Source: Streptomyces sp. (GTDB taxonomy: Bacteria; Actinomycetota; Actinomycetes; Streptomycetales; Streptomycetaceae). From it: 64,000 nucleotides of DNA. The DNA lies in contig DATCQX010001103.1 in assembly GCA_036569285.1 (NCBI GenBank), forward strand, positions 19,528 to 83,527, written 5' to 3'. The notes beneath the pieces were generated by a model. It saw only the letters and a list, made by a program, of their open reading frames with translations, was not told where the DNA came from and did no database searches. The position numbers and the translations under genes were made by a program. This document shows positions 9,822 through 19,731 of this stretch, one piece after another; positions within the stretch are counted from its first letter, which is position 1, and each line of letters begins with the position of its first letter.

Positions 9822-10826
9822 ATGGCTCACCTCAAGCAACAGTTCAAGGATGCGCTGAGCTCCATCGAGCCCGGCGACGACAAGACCAACGCGCCAGAGG
9901 CGCATCGCCTCGTCCGTGACGCCCTCAAGGCTGACTCCAAGCTCGCCGAGTACGGCGTCAGCCCGATCCTGATCGGCTCCTACAAGCGCAACGTGTCGAT
10001 CCGCAGGATCAAGGACGTCGACGTGTTCGTGCGCCTGCCCGATGTTCCGAGCGACGTCACGTCGACGGACATCCTCGACAGGTTTTTCAAGGTCCTGCAT
10101 GCGGAGTTCGGCACCGACGCCGACGGGCACCGGCGCACCAAGCGGCAGGACCGTAGCCTGCAGGTCTCCTTCCCGGAGTACGACCTCTACGTCGACGCGG
10201 TGCCCGCCCGCCCCTACGGCGACGGAACGTGGGAGATCCCGCAAAAGGGCGACGAGAACGAGTGGGTGCGCACCAACCCCGACGGGCTGACGGACCTGTC
10301 GAGCACGATGAACGCGGACCACGACGAGTACTACGTACCGACCGTCAAACTGCTTCGTCAGACGCGTCGTGCCCTGCTCGGCACGAAGAAGCCCGGCGGA
10401 TTCTTCATCGAGATGGCCGCCTACCAGGCGTTCGCCTCAGGCGCAGTCTCGGGCAACGACCAGGCGGAGTACTACGTCAGCGCACTCCGGGAGGTCAGCA
10501 AGATCATAGATAACTTCGTGACCTACGGCATCGCAGTGACCGACCCGACACTGCCCGGGCACACCATCCGCATCCGCGCGACCGACGACGAACTGGACAC
10601 CGCGCGTACGCGGTTCACCGACGCCGCAGCGTCGGCAGAAGCTGCGCTCGACGAGGAGGACGCGGGCAAGGCCGCGCTGGCGTTCCAGAAATTGCTGGGA
10701 ACGAACGGCGATGGAGACACGGTCTTCCCGATGCCCCCCGGCTTCAACGAGGACGGCAGCAAGAAGGCATCCGCGATCTCGCCCGGCGCCCGCGTCGTTC
10801 CTGCCGGCAAGAGGACCTTCGGGTGA
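9822..10826 (+). CDS. CBASS CD-NTase (cGAS/DncV-like, SMODS nucleotidyltransferase)
   Basis: GGAGG RBS. LIGSYKRNVSIRRIKDVDV (GS..DxD) and third Asp in VDAVPA, W..TNP. C-terminal tail KRTFG ends in Gly, as in Cap2-conjugated CD-NTases. Confidence 0.92.
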   Translation: MAHLKQQFKDALSSIEPGDDKTNAPEAHRLVRDALKADSKLAEYGVSPILIGSYKRNVSIRRIKDVDVFVRLPDVPSDVTSTDILDRFFKVLHAEFGTDADGHRRTKRQDRSLQVSFPEYDLYVDAVPARPYGDGTWEIPQKGDENEWVRTNPDGLTDLSSTMNADHDEYYVPTVKLLRQTRRALLGTKKPGGFFIEMAAYQAFASGAVSGNDQAEYYVSALREVSKIIDNFVTYGIAVTDPTLPGHTIRIRATDDELDTARTRFTDAAASAEAALDEEDAGKAALAFQKLLGTNGDGDTVFPMPPGFNEDGSKKASAISPGARVVPAGKRTFG

Positions 10827-12289
10827 CCCCTGTCAGCTTCGACGAGTATGTCGCCTACGCGCGGCAGCACTTCGAGGAAGGCCTGATCCGCGCCGGGTTC
10901 AGCGAGGTTGAAGCAAGATGGGAAGGGCCGGTCCCGCACTCGGCGGTCACGACCCGCGTCGTGATCGACCTGCCGCCCCGTTTCCCGTTTCTGCCGCCGA
11001 GAGTGGCGCCGGTCGAGCACGACGCGGTGCCCTGGTCCTGGCACCGCGACCCGGACGGCGGTCTGTGCCTGGTCGCTGAAGATGATCATGAAGGGTTGTG
11101 GTGGACGGAGGCACCGGCGTTCCTGGAACACGTCACAGCGTGGTTCGAGCGCGCGGACATCGGCTGGACGGGCGATCGGCCCGACCTCGACCTCGACCGG
11201 TACTTCCAGCCGTCCGCGGACCGGCGCCTTTATCTCTACGACGACCTCGGCCAGTACCTCAACCGCTCCGTCCGCTTCAGCCCGTCCAGCAACAACACGA
11301 TGCGGATCAGGCACGGCAGCCGCCCCAGAAAGGCCCTTGAGCACAGCAAGGACCGCTTCGGGTATGTAGCCGACCTCGGCGAGGTGGACGTGCCGCCGCG
11401 AACCTGGGCAGACATCTCCGCCCGGCTCGGCTCGAACACGGAGCTAGACCGCGGAATTCGCCAGCAGTCGGTCGCAGTTGTCGTGCTGATCTACCGACGC
11501 GGCACCCACGAGGGTGCGATCGTGCTGGACGTAGCGTCCACGAAGGAGGGCGGCACGGCCGTCACACGTCTGCGCTCGGGCGCAGACACCGAGGCAGCCC
11601 GGTCCGCTCGTGCAGGCGTCCTCGCCCCCGCACTGCGTGAATCCAGGGTCGCAGTCGTCGGCGTCGGCGCTTTGGGATCGTTCATCGCCGACATGCTGGT
11701 GCGCTCCGGTGTCCGTTACCTCACTCTCATCGACGACGATGTCGTCATGCCGGGAAACCTCGTCCGCCACCTCGTGGGCCCCGACACGGTCGGGCTGCCG
11801 AAAGTCGAAGCGGTCAAGCGACACCTCGTCAGGCAGAACGAGGCGCTGGCCAGCGGCATCGGCATCATCAATGGCGCGCTTACCTCGGGCGCCGACGCGG
11901 TTGACCATCTGCGGAACCACGACCTCGTCGTGAACGCCACCGCCGACTTCGCCACCACGGCGCTCCTGCACGTAAGCGCCCGGACACTAGGCACACGGGT
12001 CCTGTCCGCGGCGCTTCAAAACGACGGCAGGACCTATCGCATCGACGTACTGCCACCGCTCGGCGATGCCGCACCGCTGCCGCCTTCGACGACCAGAGCC
12101 GACACCGAGGCACCGCTACTGTTCGAAGCAGACTGCGGAAGCCCTATCTCCCCAACGCCGCCCCACGCGGTGATCGAGGCAGCAGCGGCAACCGTCCGCC
12201 ACGCCATCGGCCTCCTCGTGGAGAGTCCTCTCCATCCTGCTGGGGAGACGCGCCACCTCCACTCCGCATCACAAGGGAGCCACCAGTGA
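10823..12289 (+). CDS. cap2: CBASS Cap2 (E2 + ThiF/E1 ubiquitin-transferase-like)
   Basis: E2-like FPFLPPRV..WH..GGLCL. ThiF motifs VVGVGALGS and IDDDVVMPGNLVRH. E1 Cys in EADCGSP. GTGA overlap with the CD-NTase. Confidence 0.9.
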   Translation: MTPVSFDEYVAYARQHFEEGLIRAGFSEVEARWEGPVPHSAVTTRVVIDLPPRFPFLPPRVAPVEHDAVPWSWHRDPDGGLCLVAEDDHEGLWWTEAPAFLEHVTAWFERADIGWTGDRPDLDLDRYFQPSADRRLYLYDDLGQYLNRSVRFSPSSNNTMRIRHGSRPRKALEHSKDRFGYVADLGEVDVPPRTWADISARLGSNTELDRGIRQQSVAVVVLIYRRGTHEGAIVLDVASTKEGGTAVTRLRSGADTEAARSARAGVLAPALRESRVAVVGVGALGSFIADMLVRSGVRYLTLIDDDVVMPGNLVRHLVGPDTVGLPKVEAVKRHLVRQNEALASGIGIINGALTSGADAVDHLRNHDLVVNATADFATTALLHVSARTLGTRVLSAALQNDGRTYRIDVLPPLGDAAPLPPSTTRADTEAPLLFEADCGSPISPTPPHAVIEAAAATVRHAIGLLVESPLHPAGETRHLHSASQGSHQ

Positions 12290-14064
12290 CCCGGCCGGCA
12301 CCACGGATCGAGCTGCGCCAGGAGGCATACGAGGTCATCGCGTCCGCGACCGCCCGGCAGCTGCCGCGGGAAACGGGTGGCATCCTCCTCGGCTACCGGG
12401 AAGACGCCAACGTCGCTGTCACTCATGCCCTCGTGGTCGACGGACAAGGAGCGTCCACCCACAGGTACGTGCGCGATGGCGTCAGGGCGAACGCGCTCCT
12501 CGCAGAGTTCCTTGCAGAGCGAGCGGATGACGATCCAACCGGCTACGTCGGCGAGTGGCACAGCCATCCCGCACCGTCCGGACCGAGCTCGATAGATGTT
12601 GCTGCGATGCAGGCAACAGCCCGGGAGCACGACGGCCCGATCGCACTCCTCGTTTACGCTCCCGGCGGGGCGGATCCCTTCTCCGGACTGATCGCGCGGC
12701 GCCAACGATGGGGACGTGTCACCAGCAAGGCAGCAACGGTCCTTCCGCCACCACAGAGATTCGAGGCGCTGGGGCCACTGCCCGAGGATGCGGTTCGGCG
12801 TGACGGCGCGGTGTTCATCTCCTACCGGCAGTCGGATGGCTCCCCGCAGGCCGATTCGATCGAGAACTTGCTCAGGGCCGCCGGTCTCGTCGTGTGGAGA
12901 GACCGTACCGACCTGCGCCCAGGCACGACGACCGATCGCCTCGAACAAGCCCTGACCACAGGGCTTTCGGCAGCCGTGCTCGTCGTGACACCGGAGATCG
13001 TCCACAGCGACATCGTCCGAGAACGTGAGCTGCCTCGGCTGCTTCAACTGGACGAGGACCCCGCCTTCAGCCTGTGCATCGCGAATAAGATCGCCAGAGC
13101 GGGAAGCAATACACAGTGCGACTACGAGGCACCGGACCGACTCCTGAGACTCGTTCCCTCTCGGACCCTCGCCGACAAGAAGCAAAGCAACATGCTGCAG
13201 CCGTCCGGCGAGAGCGAGATCGTGCGGGACCTGCTGATGCACCGAGTCGAACAACGTAAGTCCGCCATCCGCAGCGAGAACCGCGCCTTCACGATCCGAG
13301 TACAGACCCGCCCCGCGCCCTTCGCCATGGACGCGGGCGAGGACGACCTGCACATCCGCATCAGATCCGCCGGCGACGGACGTCTGCCCTCGCGCGAGGG
13401 ACTCACACTCCTGCAGACCACGCTGCCCCTGATCAGCGACGCCGTGTACGCAGCCGATGCGAAAGCGGTACGCGTCTCCGGCGGAGCTCACCTGTCGGTA
13501 GCTCTGGCCTTGGGAGCCGCCCTGCCCGAGACCAAGATCGGCAATGTCGAGGTGGTCGATGCCCATGGCGCTCTGTGGGCGTCCACAGAAGCTGGTGACG
13601 ACCCGCTGACCAGCGAACTTCATACGCAACCAGTTGACCTCGAACAAGCGGATACGTGCGACAGCCACGACCGCGTCGCGATCTTCGTCAGCCTGACTGC
13701 CGCTCCAGATCGGACCGCATTCGAGCAGCTCCTGCACGAGTCCAGCAACGGCTTCGCGGCGGCCGCCGTAGTCTCCGTCGTCGGCGAAGACCGACTCGAC
13801 CCGCGCGAGGCCGCACGCCTCAGCGCGGCTGCCGCGCGACAGATCAAAGCGCTGGCCGCACGCAGCGGCCGTGCGGAGGTGCATCTCGCTTTCCACGGCC
13901 CGTACACGATGGCCCTACTCGTAGGGCGATACCTCAACACGCTGCGCACCGTCGTCTACGAGTGGGACGGTGCGACCCCTGGGAGGCCCCGCTACACCCC
14001 AGCTCTCGTACTTGAGCCAGGTGTGACCGGCGGACCGATCACCGAGGTCCTGCTCGGCCAATAG
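12286..14064 (+). CDS. JAB/MPN peptidase (Cap3) - TIR - SAVED fusion effector
   Basis: JAB: ETGGILLG, YVGEWHSHP..PSSID. TIR: VFISYRQSDG, VWRD..DLRPG, ERELP. SAVED: GAHLSVALALG, VHLAFHGPYTMALLVGRYLN. One uninterrupted 592-codon frame. Confidence 0.88.
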   Translation: MTRPAPRIELRQEAYEVIASATARQLPRETGGILLGYREDANVAVTHALVVDGQGASTHRYVRDGVRANALLAEFLAERADDDPTGYVGEWHSHPAPSGPSSIDVAAMQATAREHDGPIALLVYAPGGADPFSGLIARRQRWGRVTSKAATVLPPPQRFEALGPLPEDAVRRDGAVFISYRQSDGSPQADSIENLLRAAGLVVWRDRTDLRPGTTTDRLEQALTTGLSAAVLVVTPEIVHSDIVRERELPRLLQLDEDPAFSLCIANKIARAGSNTQCDYEAPDRLLRLVPSRTLADKKQSNMLQPSGESEIVRDLLMHRVEQRKSAIRSENRAFTIRVQTRPAPFAMDAGEDDLHIRIRSAGDGRLPSREGLTLLQTTLPLISDAVYAADAKAVRVSGGAHLSVALALGAALPETKIGNVEVVDAHGALWASTEAGDDPLTSELHTQPVDLEQADTCDSHDRVAIFVSLTAAPDRTAFEQLLHESSNGFAAAAVVSVVGEDRLDPREAARLSAAAARQIKALAARSGRAEVHLAFHGPYTMALLVGRYLNTLRTVVYEWDGATPGRPRYTPALVLEPGVTGGPITEVLLGQ

Positions 14065-14725
14065 GCGTGACGATGCACGCTCAGTGTGCCGGCCGGTCTC
14101 GCTCCGGCGCGCACAAAAGAGCCAGCAACCGAGCGCGAGAGCCCGCTAACCTCGGATGTCTCCATAACAACAGGGCCAGCAGAAGTCCTTACACCAGGTC
14201 GTCAGGGGGGAGAGGCCGGGGCCGGCCGGTCACGGGCATCAACTGCCGTGCCTCTTCCGGGTCTACCGGTCTTCCCGACACCAACCTGACCAACTCCAGA
14301 GGCACTTGCGGCCCCGACGCTGAAAACGCTGCCATGACGGTACGCGTCGGCTGCGAAAACGGCCGGGCCCGGCGCCTGGACGGCTATGGCGACGGCGAGC
14401 TGGACGAAGTGATTGCCGCTGCGGAGGCGCCCTCCGGCCTGCCCAGCGGTCCCAGAGGCTGTCGGTGCCCCAGGCTAGGGTCGGCCCTGTGGAACACCGA
14501 TCTGGATGCAAACGTTTCGGCGACAACACCTGCCCGCGCTGCTGCTGGGACGCAATCCGGCGCGACCCTTCAGCGTTCACCTCCCTGGTGTGGCCCGAAC
14601 GGGATGCCCTCGCCGCGCTTGCCAGCATCGCACCAGCTTTGATGGAGCGGCAGATGCTTCGGGCAGCAGCCGCGTCGTCACCCGTCAGCCGGAGTGTGCT
14701 GGACACACCGGACCTGGTGAGATGG

Positions 14726-16021
14726 ATGTCGCAGACCTCGTCCCCCAAGCGCATCATCCGGGCACTGCCGGTCGCTGGTGCTGTCGCCGTGGGGATTTCC
14801 ATTGCCTGGCTCGAGATGAACCCACGCTTCGGACTCGCCGAGGAGAGACGGCTCGTGGCCAGGGCGACCGCTCACGTCGACCACAGCGCGGTGGCGCTGT
14901 GGCGCGATATTGCCCTGCTCGCCGCGACCCATGACGGTCTCTCAGCGGCGGGGCTGTCCCGGCGGATCGCAGAGCACGCCGCAGCGCATCCCGGTGTGTG
15001 GGCGCGATCGCTGGAGTGGCTGCTTGTCGTCGGCCGTGAACTGGACGGCCTCGACGCCGCGCTCACCATGTCGCTGGCCGACCGGCACGGTTCGGTACGT
15101 GCGGCACTGGAGCGCAGCACACGCAGTGAGGTCCTCGAGATACGGCAGCGAGCCGAGGGGATCCGGGCCTTGATGCAGGGCGCGGGGCCCTGGGAAGAGC
15201 GGCTCCTTGAGGCATTTTCCACCTCGCTCGACGCCCGCCGCCATGTCTTCCCCCGCCCGCTCGAGGCCCCGTCTGCGACATGGCTAGCCAGTCCCGACCT
15301 CGAAGACCAGCTCCGAGGCGTCACGTCGCAGGCATTGAACGCCTTCAAAAGCTATGTGCACGAGTGCGGCGGTCTCGAGGAAGAATCCCTGACGGCCACT
15401 CTCCTCCAGTACCTCGTACAGTTCTGCGCCGAGACGGCCCAGGTCGGCCGCTGGGCGCCTGTCGGCTTGCCGCAGGTACAGATGGCGAGCCGCCAGGTTC
15501 CCAAGAAGGAAGAAGCCACGAACGGGGCCGACGTAGGCGTTGTCATCGATGTGCACGCCGCTGGCCATTTGAGGACCCGCATCGCGGACCTCGTGCAGGT
15601 CAAGAAGACACACGCGTTGATCCCGAGCCGCAGAACCGACAAGTCCGCCTGGACGGTCGACCGGGACCAGCTGCGAAAGCTGCTGAGCCACAGCGCCACC
15701 GCGGTCTACTGGCTGATCGAGGGAGACGGCAGCATCCTCGTGGTGCCAGCCAAGTACTTGGCTGGCATCGCCGCCGCCACCGAGCGCCAGAGCCCGCACC
15801 TGACGGTCGATCGTTCCCAGCTTCGCCACGTTGCTGTTCCGCTGGCCCACCATCTCACCGACCTCATGATGGGGATGTGGCTGGGGAGCGGCGAGGAGAG
15901 CGTCCTCAACGCCGCTGAAGGGAATACTCCCGGAGTCCGGCCCCGGCACGTCCTCGGTATCACCGTCACCGTTCCTCGCCTCCTGGATGAGCGCCCTGGC
16001 CGTGCCATGCCACGTGGCTGA
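14726..16021 (+). CDS. Hypothetical protein with a C-terminal PD-(D/E)xK-like nuclease domain (start uncertain)
   Basis: Helical N-terminal half, then EESLT..., EEATNGADVGVVI and LVQVKK, a GAD...QxK restriction-nuclease-like pattern. Confidence 0.6.
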   Translation: MSQTSSPKRIIRALPVAGAVAVGISIAWLEMNPRFGLAEERRLVARATAHVDHSAVALWRDIALLAATHDGLSAAGLSRRIAEHAAAHPGVWARSLEWLLVVGRELDGLDAALTMSLADRHGSVRAALERSTRSEVLEIRQRAEGIRALMQGAGPWEERLLEAFSTSLDARRHVFPRPLEAPSATWLASPDLEDQLRGVTSQALNAFKSYVHECGGLEEESLTATLLQYLVQFCAETAQVGRWAPVGLPQVQMASRQVPKKEEATNGADVGVVIDVHAAGHLRTRIADLVQVKKTHALIPSRRTDKSAWTVDRDQLRKLLSHSATAVYWLIEGDGSILVVPAKYLAGIAAATERQSPHLTVDRSQLRHVAVPLAHHLTDLMMGMWLGSGEESVLNAAEGNTPGVRPRHVLGITVTVPRLLDERPGRAMPRG

Positions 16022-16181
16022 CTGCTCTGCTCCCGCTTCGACCGGCGGTCACCGCAACGACGCCACCGCGCTGATCCTCCTTGCCTACCGGCGTCCACGC
16101 GCACGGACCTCCGTGCGAGCGTGGTGCGGCCGAGGACGACGCTCTGGCTCCACAGGTGAGGGCCGCCACCCGGCTGCGCGT

Positions 16182-16790
16182 CTAGCGGCCGGTGGACGGC
16201 AGCAGCGCGGTGGCGCCGTGCTCGGCCAGGGCATGACGGGCCGCTGCGATCATGCGGTCCAGGCGCCGCTTCAGCTCCACTAACTCCGAGGGAGCAGACA
16301 GGGACGCCTCTTCTTCAGTAGTAGCAAACTCGCCTATGATGCCGCTCTCCTCGATGGAAACGACATGCGCATGCAAAGTGGTGAGGAGCTCCATGACGCT
16401 CTCGGCCGCCGTAACGACCGGATCGGGGCCTTCTAGGGCGACCTGGGCACGCACCCGTTCCAGCCGCTGGGTCAGCTCCTCGTCCTCCAGAACGAGAAGC
16501 ATCGGACCGTAGCTGTCTCCGCTTCCGCTGTTCCACGCCTCGAACAGCTTGGTGCGCAGCAGGTGCACCATGGTGATGAAATCGCCGTAGACCCGCCGCC
16601 GCGGCTCCATCACCTGCGGCAGATGGGCCGACTGCAGCTGGCCCGCCAGGAGAACATGCTGGGACTGGGTCTGCTCGCGCTGGCGCTGACGGCTCCACCG
16701 GGCGCTCAACAGCGCCGGCACACCCGCCAGCACCCCACCGGCCACCGCGCCCACCACACCGACCCACTGCTCATTCATACCAGCCATCAT
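16182..16790 (-). CDS. Hypothetical protein with an N-terminal TM helix
   Basis: WVGVVGAVAGGVLAG followed by a helical domain (RRRVYGDF..., VALEGPDPV). Confidence 0.65.
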   Translation of the reverse strand: MMAGMNEQWVGVVGAVAGGVLAGVPALLSARWSRQRQREQTQSQHVLLAGQLQSAHLPQVMEPRRRVYGDFITMVHLLRTKLFEAWNSGSGDSYGPMLLVLEDEELTQRLERVRAQVALEGPDPVVTAAESVMELLTTLHAHVVSIEESGIIGEFATTEEEASLSAPSELVELKRRLDRMIAAARHALAEHGATALLPSTGR

Positions 16791-16839
16791 CGCTCAGCGC
16801 CCCGCCCGGCCCGACCGAGCCCGCGGCCGCCCGGAGTGC

Positions 16840-18468
16840 CTACAGCGAGGGACAGGCGCGGGCTCCACGGGCTACGGGCAGAGCAGCGATCTGATCGGTA
16901 CGCACACGCAGCGCCTTTTCCGCGAGACTGGCCGCGCCCTTGTGCCGCTGAGGGTCCCACAGCCAGGTCTCGTCGCCGGTTGCGTCGAAGGCCACGACCG
17001 GGTGGCTGGTGGGCAGCGGCCCCGGCTGTACAGCAGTGTTCTTCGGATCAAGCGGGCGCACACAGACTAGCCGGGCGGTGATGCCGAAGAAGGGTGAAGG
17101 ATCTTGTCCGGCGGTGGCCTGTGCGGCGGTGCGATCGGCCGCGACGGTGGCGGAGGACAGACCGGCTATCAGGGCCACCACCATCATCACCGCGGTGAGT
17201 GTGCCGATGATGGCGAGGCAGTATGTCCTTGAGCCGGTGATCCAGTAGAAGTGCCGGGCCCAGCCGAGCGCGGTCAGCCCGCACAACAGGGCGGCGATGC
17301 ACAGGCTGGCCAGCTTCACTCCGGCGAGATACATCCACAGGGGATCGACGTTGGCGGCCGACAGTGGGATACCGAGGCACACTGTCAGGTAGACGCCCTG
17401 GGCCAGCCGCCCCATCCAGGGCAGCACCCACGCCAGGGGAAGGGCGGCAATCGGCAGCAGGGCAGCGGCGTTGCGGGAGACCCAGCTCTGGCGCAGCGCA
17501 TACATGCAGCCGCGTAGCACCGGCAGCCCGCACAGGACGATCCCCGCTGGCCACAGGCCGACGCTGCTCAGCGCTGTCGAGATCACTCGGATCATGTAGC
17601 CGCCGAACCCCGTACTGCCGACCATGGCCAGCCCGCACAGCCAGATGATTATCCGGGAGTGCCGGTCCCGGTCGGCGAACCATGCGCCTACCCACCACAC
17701 TGCCGCCAACAGCAATGGGGCCAGCGCGATCTGCCACCACAGCCCCAGCCCCGCCAGCACCCAGCCGAAGAGCATCGCGGCGGCACCCACCGCCATGCCC
17801 GGAATACCCAGGGCCCGAGTGTGCCAGGGGGCAGGATTCTGCGGACGCGCAGCATGGGCGGACGCGATGCCAGGCCGCACATCATGGAGGTCGTCGTCGA
17901 AGAGCACCCCTCCCAGATCCGGCCTGCGGCGCAGGGCCGCCACCGCCTCCTCGTACGTGCCGGGACCGTCCAGGCGTACCCGGCGGTGCAGATCCGCCGC
18001 CCCCACCTGCACCCACAGCCGCGCGACCCGACTCCGCCACCAGCCGGGCCCCCAGTCGGTCTTGCGATGTACGTGCCAGGTACTGACAGCCGTTGGCGTG
18101 TGCGCAGGTTCCAGAAGCGTGGCGTCACCGATGTGCGCCGTCACCCGGCCAGCCAGCGCCGCCATGACGCGGCGCTCAGCCTCGCTTAAGGCGCCGCAGC
18201 GGCTTCCCAGCAGGCGCACCTCCACGCGGTAGAGCACCATCGCATCATCCTGCTGGGCCTCTTCCACACGCGAGAACAGCAGGCCGTGCCGCTCCCACTG
18301 CTCTGAAGCGGTGGTTTCCTCCGTACCGGCGGGCACATGGACCAGCACCGCCGCACGATGAGTGAAGTCCCCGGCCTGCGGCGGTACTTCGCCGGACTGG
18401 TGACCGTCGTCGCCGGGTGGGACGGGTGCACGACGGGAACGGAACGGGGTGACAAGCGCGCTTGCCAT
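16840..18468 (-). CDS. Multi-pass membrane hypothetical protein
   Basis: 542-aa ORF with ~7 hydrophobic segments between soluble N- and C-terminal domains. Confidence 0.7.
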   Translation of the reverse strand: MASALVTPFRSRRAPVPPGDDGHQSGEVPPQAGDFTHRAAVLVHVPAGTEETTASEQWERHGLLFSRVEEAQQDDAMVLYRVEVRLLGSRCGALSEAERRVMAALAGRVTAHIGDATLLEPAHTPTAVSTWHVHRKTDWGPGWWRSRVARLWVQVGAADLHRRVRLDGPGTYEEAVAALRRRPDLGGVLFDDDLHDVRPGIASAHAARPQNPAPWHTRALGIPGMAVGAAAMLFGWVLAGLGLWWQIALAPLLLAAVWWVGAWFADRDRHSRIIIWLCGLAMVGSTGFGGYMIRVISTALSSVGLWPAGIVLCGLPVLRGCMYALRQSWVSRNAAALLPIAALPLAWVLPWMGRLAQGVYLTVCLGIPLSAANVDPLWMYLAGVKLASLCIAALLCGLTALGWARHFYWITGSRTYCLAIIGTLTAVMMVVALIAGLSSATVAADRTAAQATAGQDPSPFFGITARLVCVRPLDPKNTAVQPGPLPTSHPVVAFDATGDETWLWDPQRHKGAASLAEKALRVRTDQIAALPVARGARACPSL

Positions 18469-19066
18469 GATGGCGAACCTCCAGCACAGACCTGGCAGAC
18501 ACAGCGAGGCACTACCAGCGGGTCGGTGAGGGCACCCGCGCTATAAGCAGCTGGCCTGCGATTGCGATACGCAACAGCGTCCCTGCGATGGTGCGCCCTT
18601 CCAGGACTGCTGCGTCGCCCTCATTCTTTCGTCGCCCACTGACAGTGCCGCGATACGTCCCCGCCCCGGGGCAGTCACTGCGCAAACGACGCTGGCTCCA
18701 GCATCTGGCACCACACGCCTCCGGGCCCCCGCACTTCTACCTGCACGAACTCATCACCGCCGCCGAGGCAGGAGCGTCCCACTCCGACGACCAGCCCGCC
18801 GCCCTGAAGACGTTGAAACGCCGCGCCATTCTGGACGCAGTGCGCTTGCTGAAGCTGTCCCGCAGAACCAGCCGCCATGAACCCGCTTTCCTCCAAAGCC
18901 ACTTGTCGAATACCTCATCTCGTGCCGCAGGCAGGGGAGTTGATTGTCAGGATCCCGCTGCGCGCACTGTCTGCTGTCTTCTATGGTGATCCAAAAAGCA
19001 GCCGCGACATGCTCCCTGCTCTTTATGTGTCACGAAGGCAACGGCAGAAAGGCGGAAGAGCCGACC

Positions 19067-19687
19067 ATGGTGCCTGTGAAGCTCCCGACCGGCGGGACCC
19101 TCCCTGAGCCTCCCGCGCAGCAGGAGGGGTTCGGGCGCTACGGCGCCGCCGGCATATCTGGTGGGGCCGCGCTGGCGCATCGCCTCGACGAGCGGGCGGC
19201 CAACAGAGGTCTGTTACCGGTCAGCCATCCGAGGGGCCTCGCGATCCGTCTGCGCTACCTGGCGCGGGATGAGCAGGGGCTTGCCTGGTTGCGGCTGGCT
19301 CAGGTCACCGTGACCGAGCGGACCATCGCCCGGTGGAGGACGGGACGGCAGCGCCCCCTGCCGGCCAATCTGAAAAAGATCGACCAGGCGTTTTGGGCCT
19401 GTCGCCGCCACAACCTCGTCGGCTACTACAAGCAGCGCCTCTGGAACGACGGCCGCGGCACCCGGATCGAGATCCATCCAGTCGACCAGCAGCATGTCGC
19501 CCCCAACCGGCGCCGTAACCTGAACATTCGCACGGTCAATGTCCGCACCGACTGGCGACGGGTCGTGGACGCCTGGAACTCGAGTGACCAGAAAGCCCTG
19601 GACGACGCCTGGGGCTCCATTGCGGACAGCCTCGGCTCTGATCACGGCGCCTACCGTCACGTCTCCCACCTCGGCTTCGGCATCTGA
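19067..19687 (+). CDS. Tpg-like (terminal-protein-related) HTH protein
   Basis: RLRYL..VTVTERTIARW..GRQRP..ANLKKID HTH and GRGTRIEIHPVDQ..W..VVDAW, with the size and layout of a divergent Streptomyces terminal protein. Confidence 0.55.
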   Translation: MVPVKLPTGGTLPEPPAQQEGFGRYGAAGISGGAALAHRLDERAANRGLLPVSHPRGLAIRLRYLARDEQGLAWLRLAQVTVTERTIARWRTGRQRPLPANLKKIDQAFWACRRHNLVGYYKQRLWNDGRGTRIEIHPVDQQHVAPNRRRNLNIRTVNVRTDWRRVVDAWNSSDQKALDDAWGSIADSLGSDHGAYRHVSHLGFGI

Positions 19688-19731
19688 GCGGGCCGCAGCA
19701 GCCGGAACCCGCCGCACGCGGCAGCGCCTCC

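Noticed and set aside
18588-18989. 133-aa ORF upstream of the Tpg-like gene
   Set aside because: Only the central part looks coding and no family is recognisable. It is a possible gene remnant that I cannot support.
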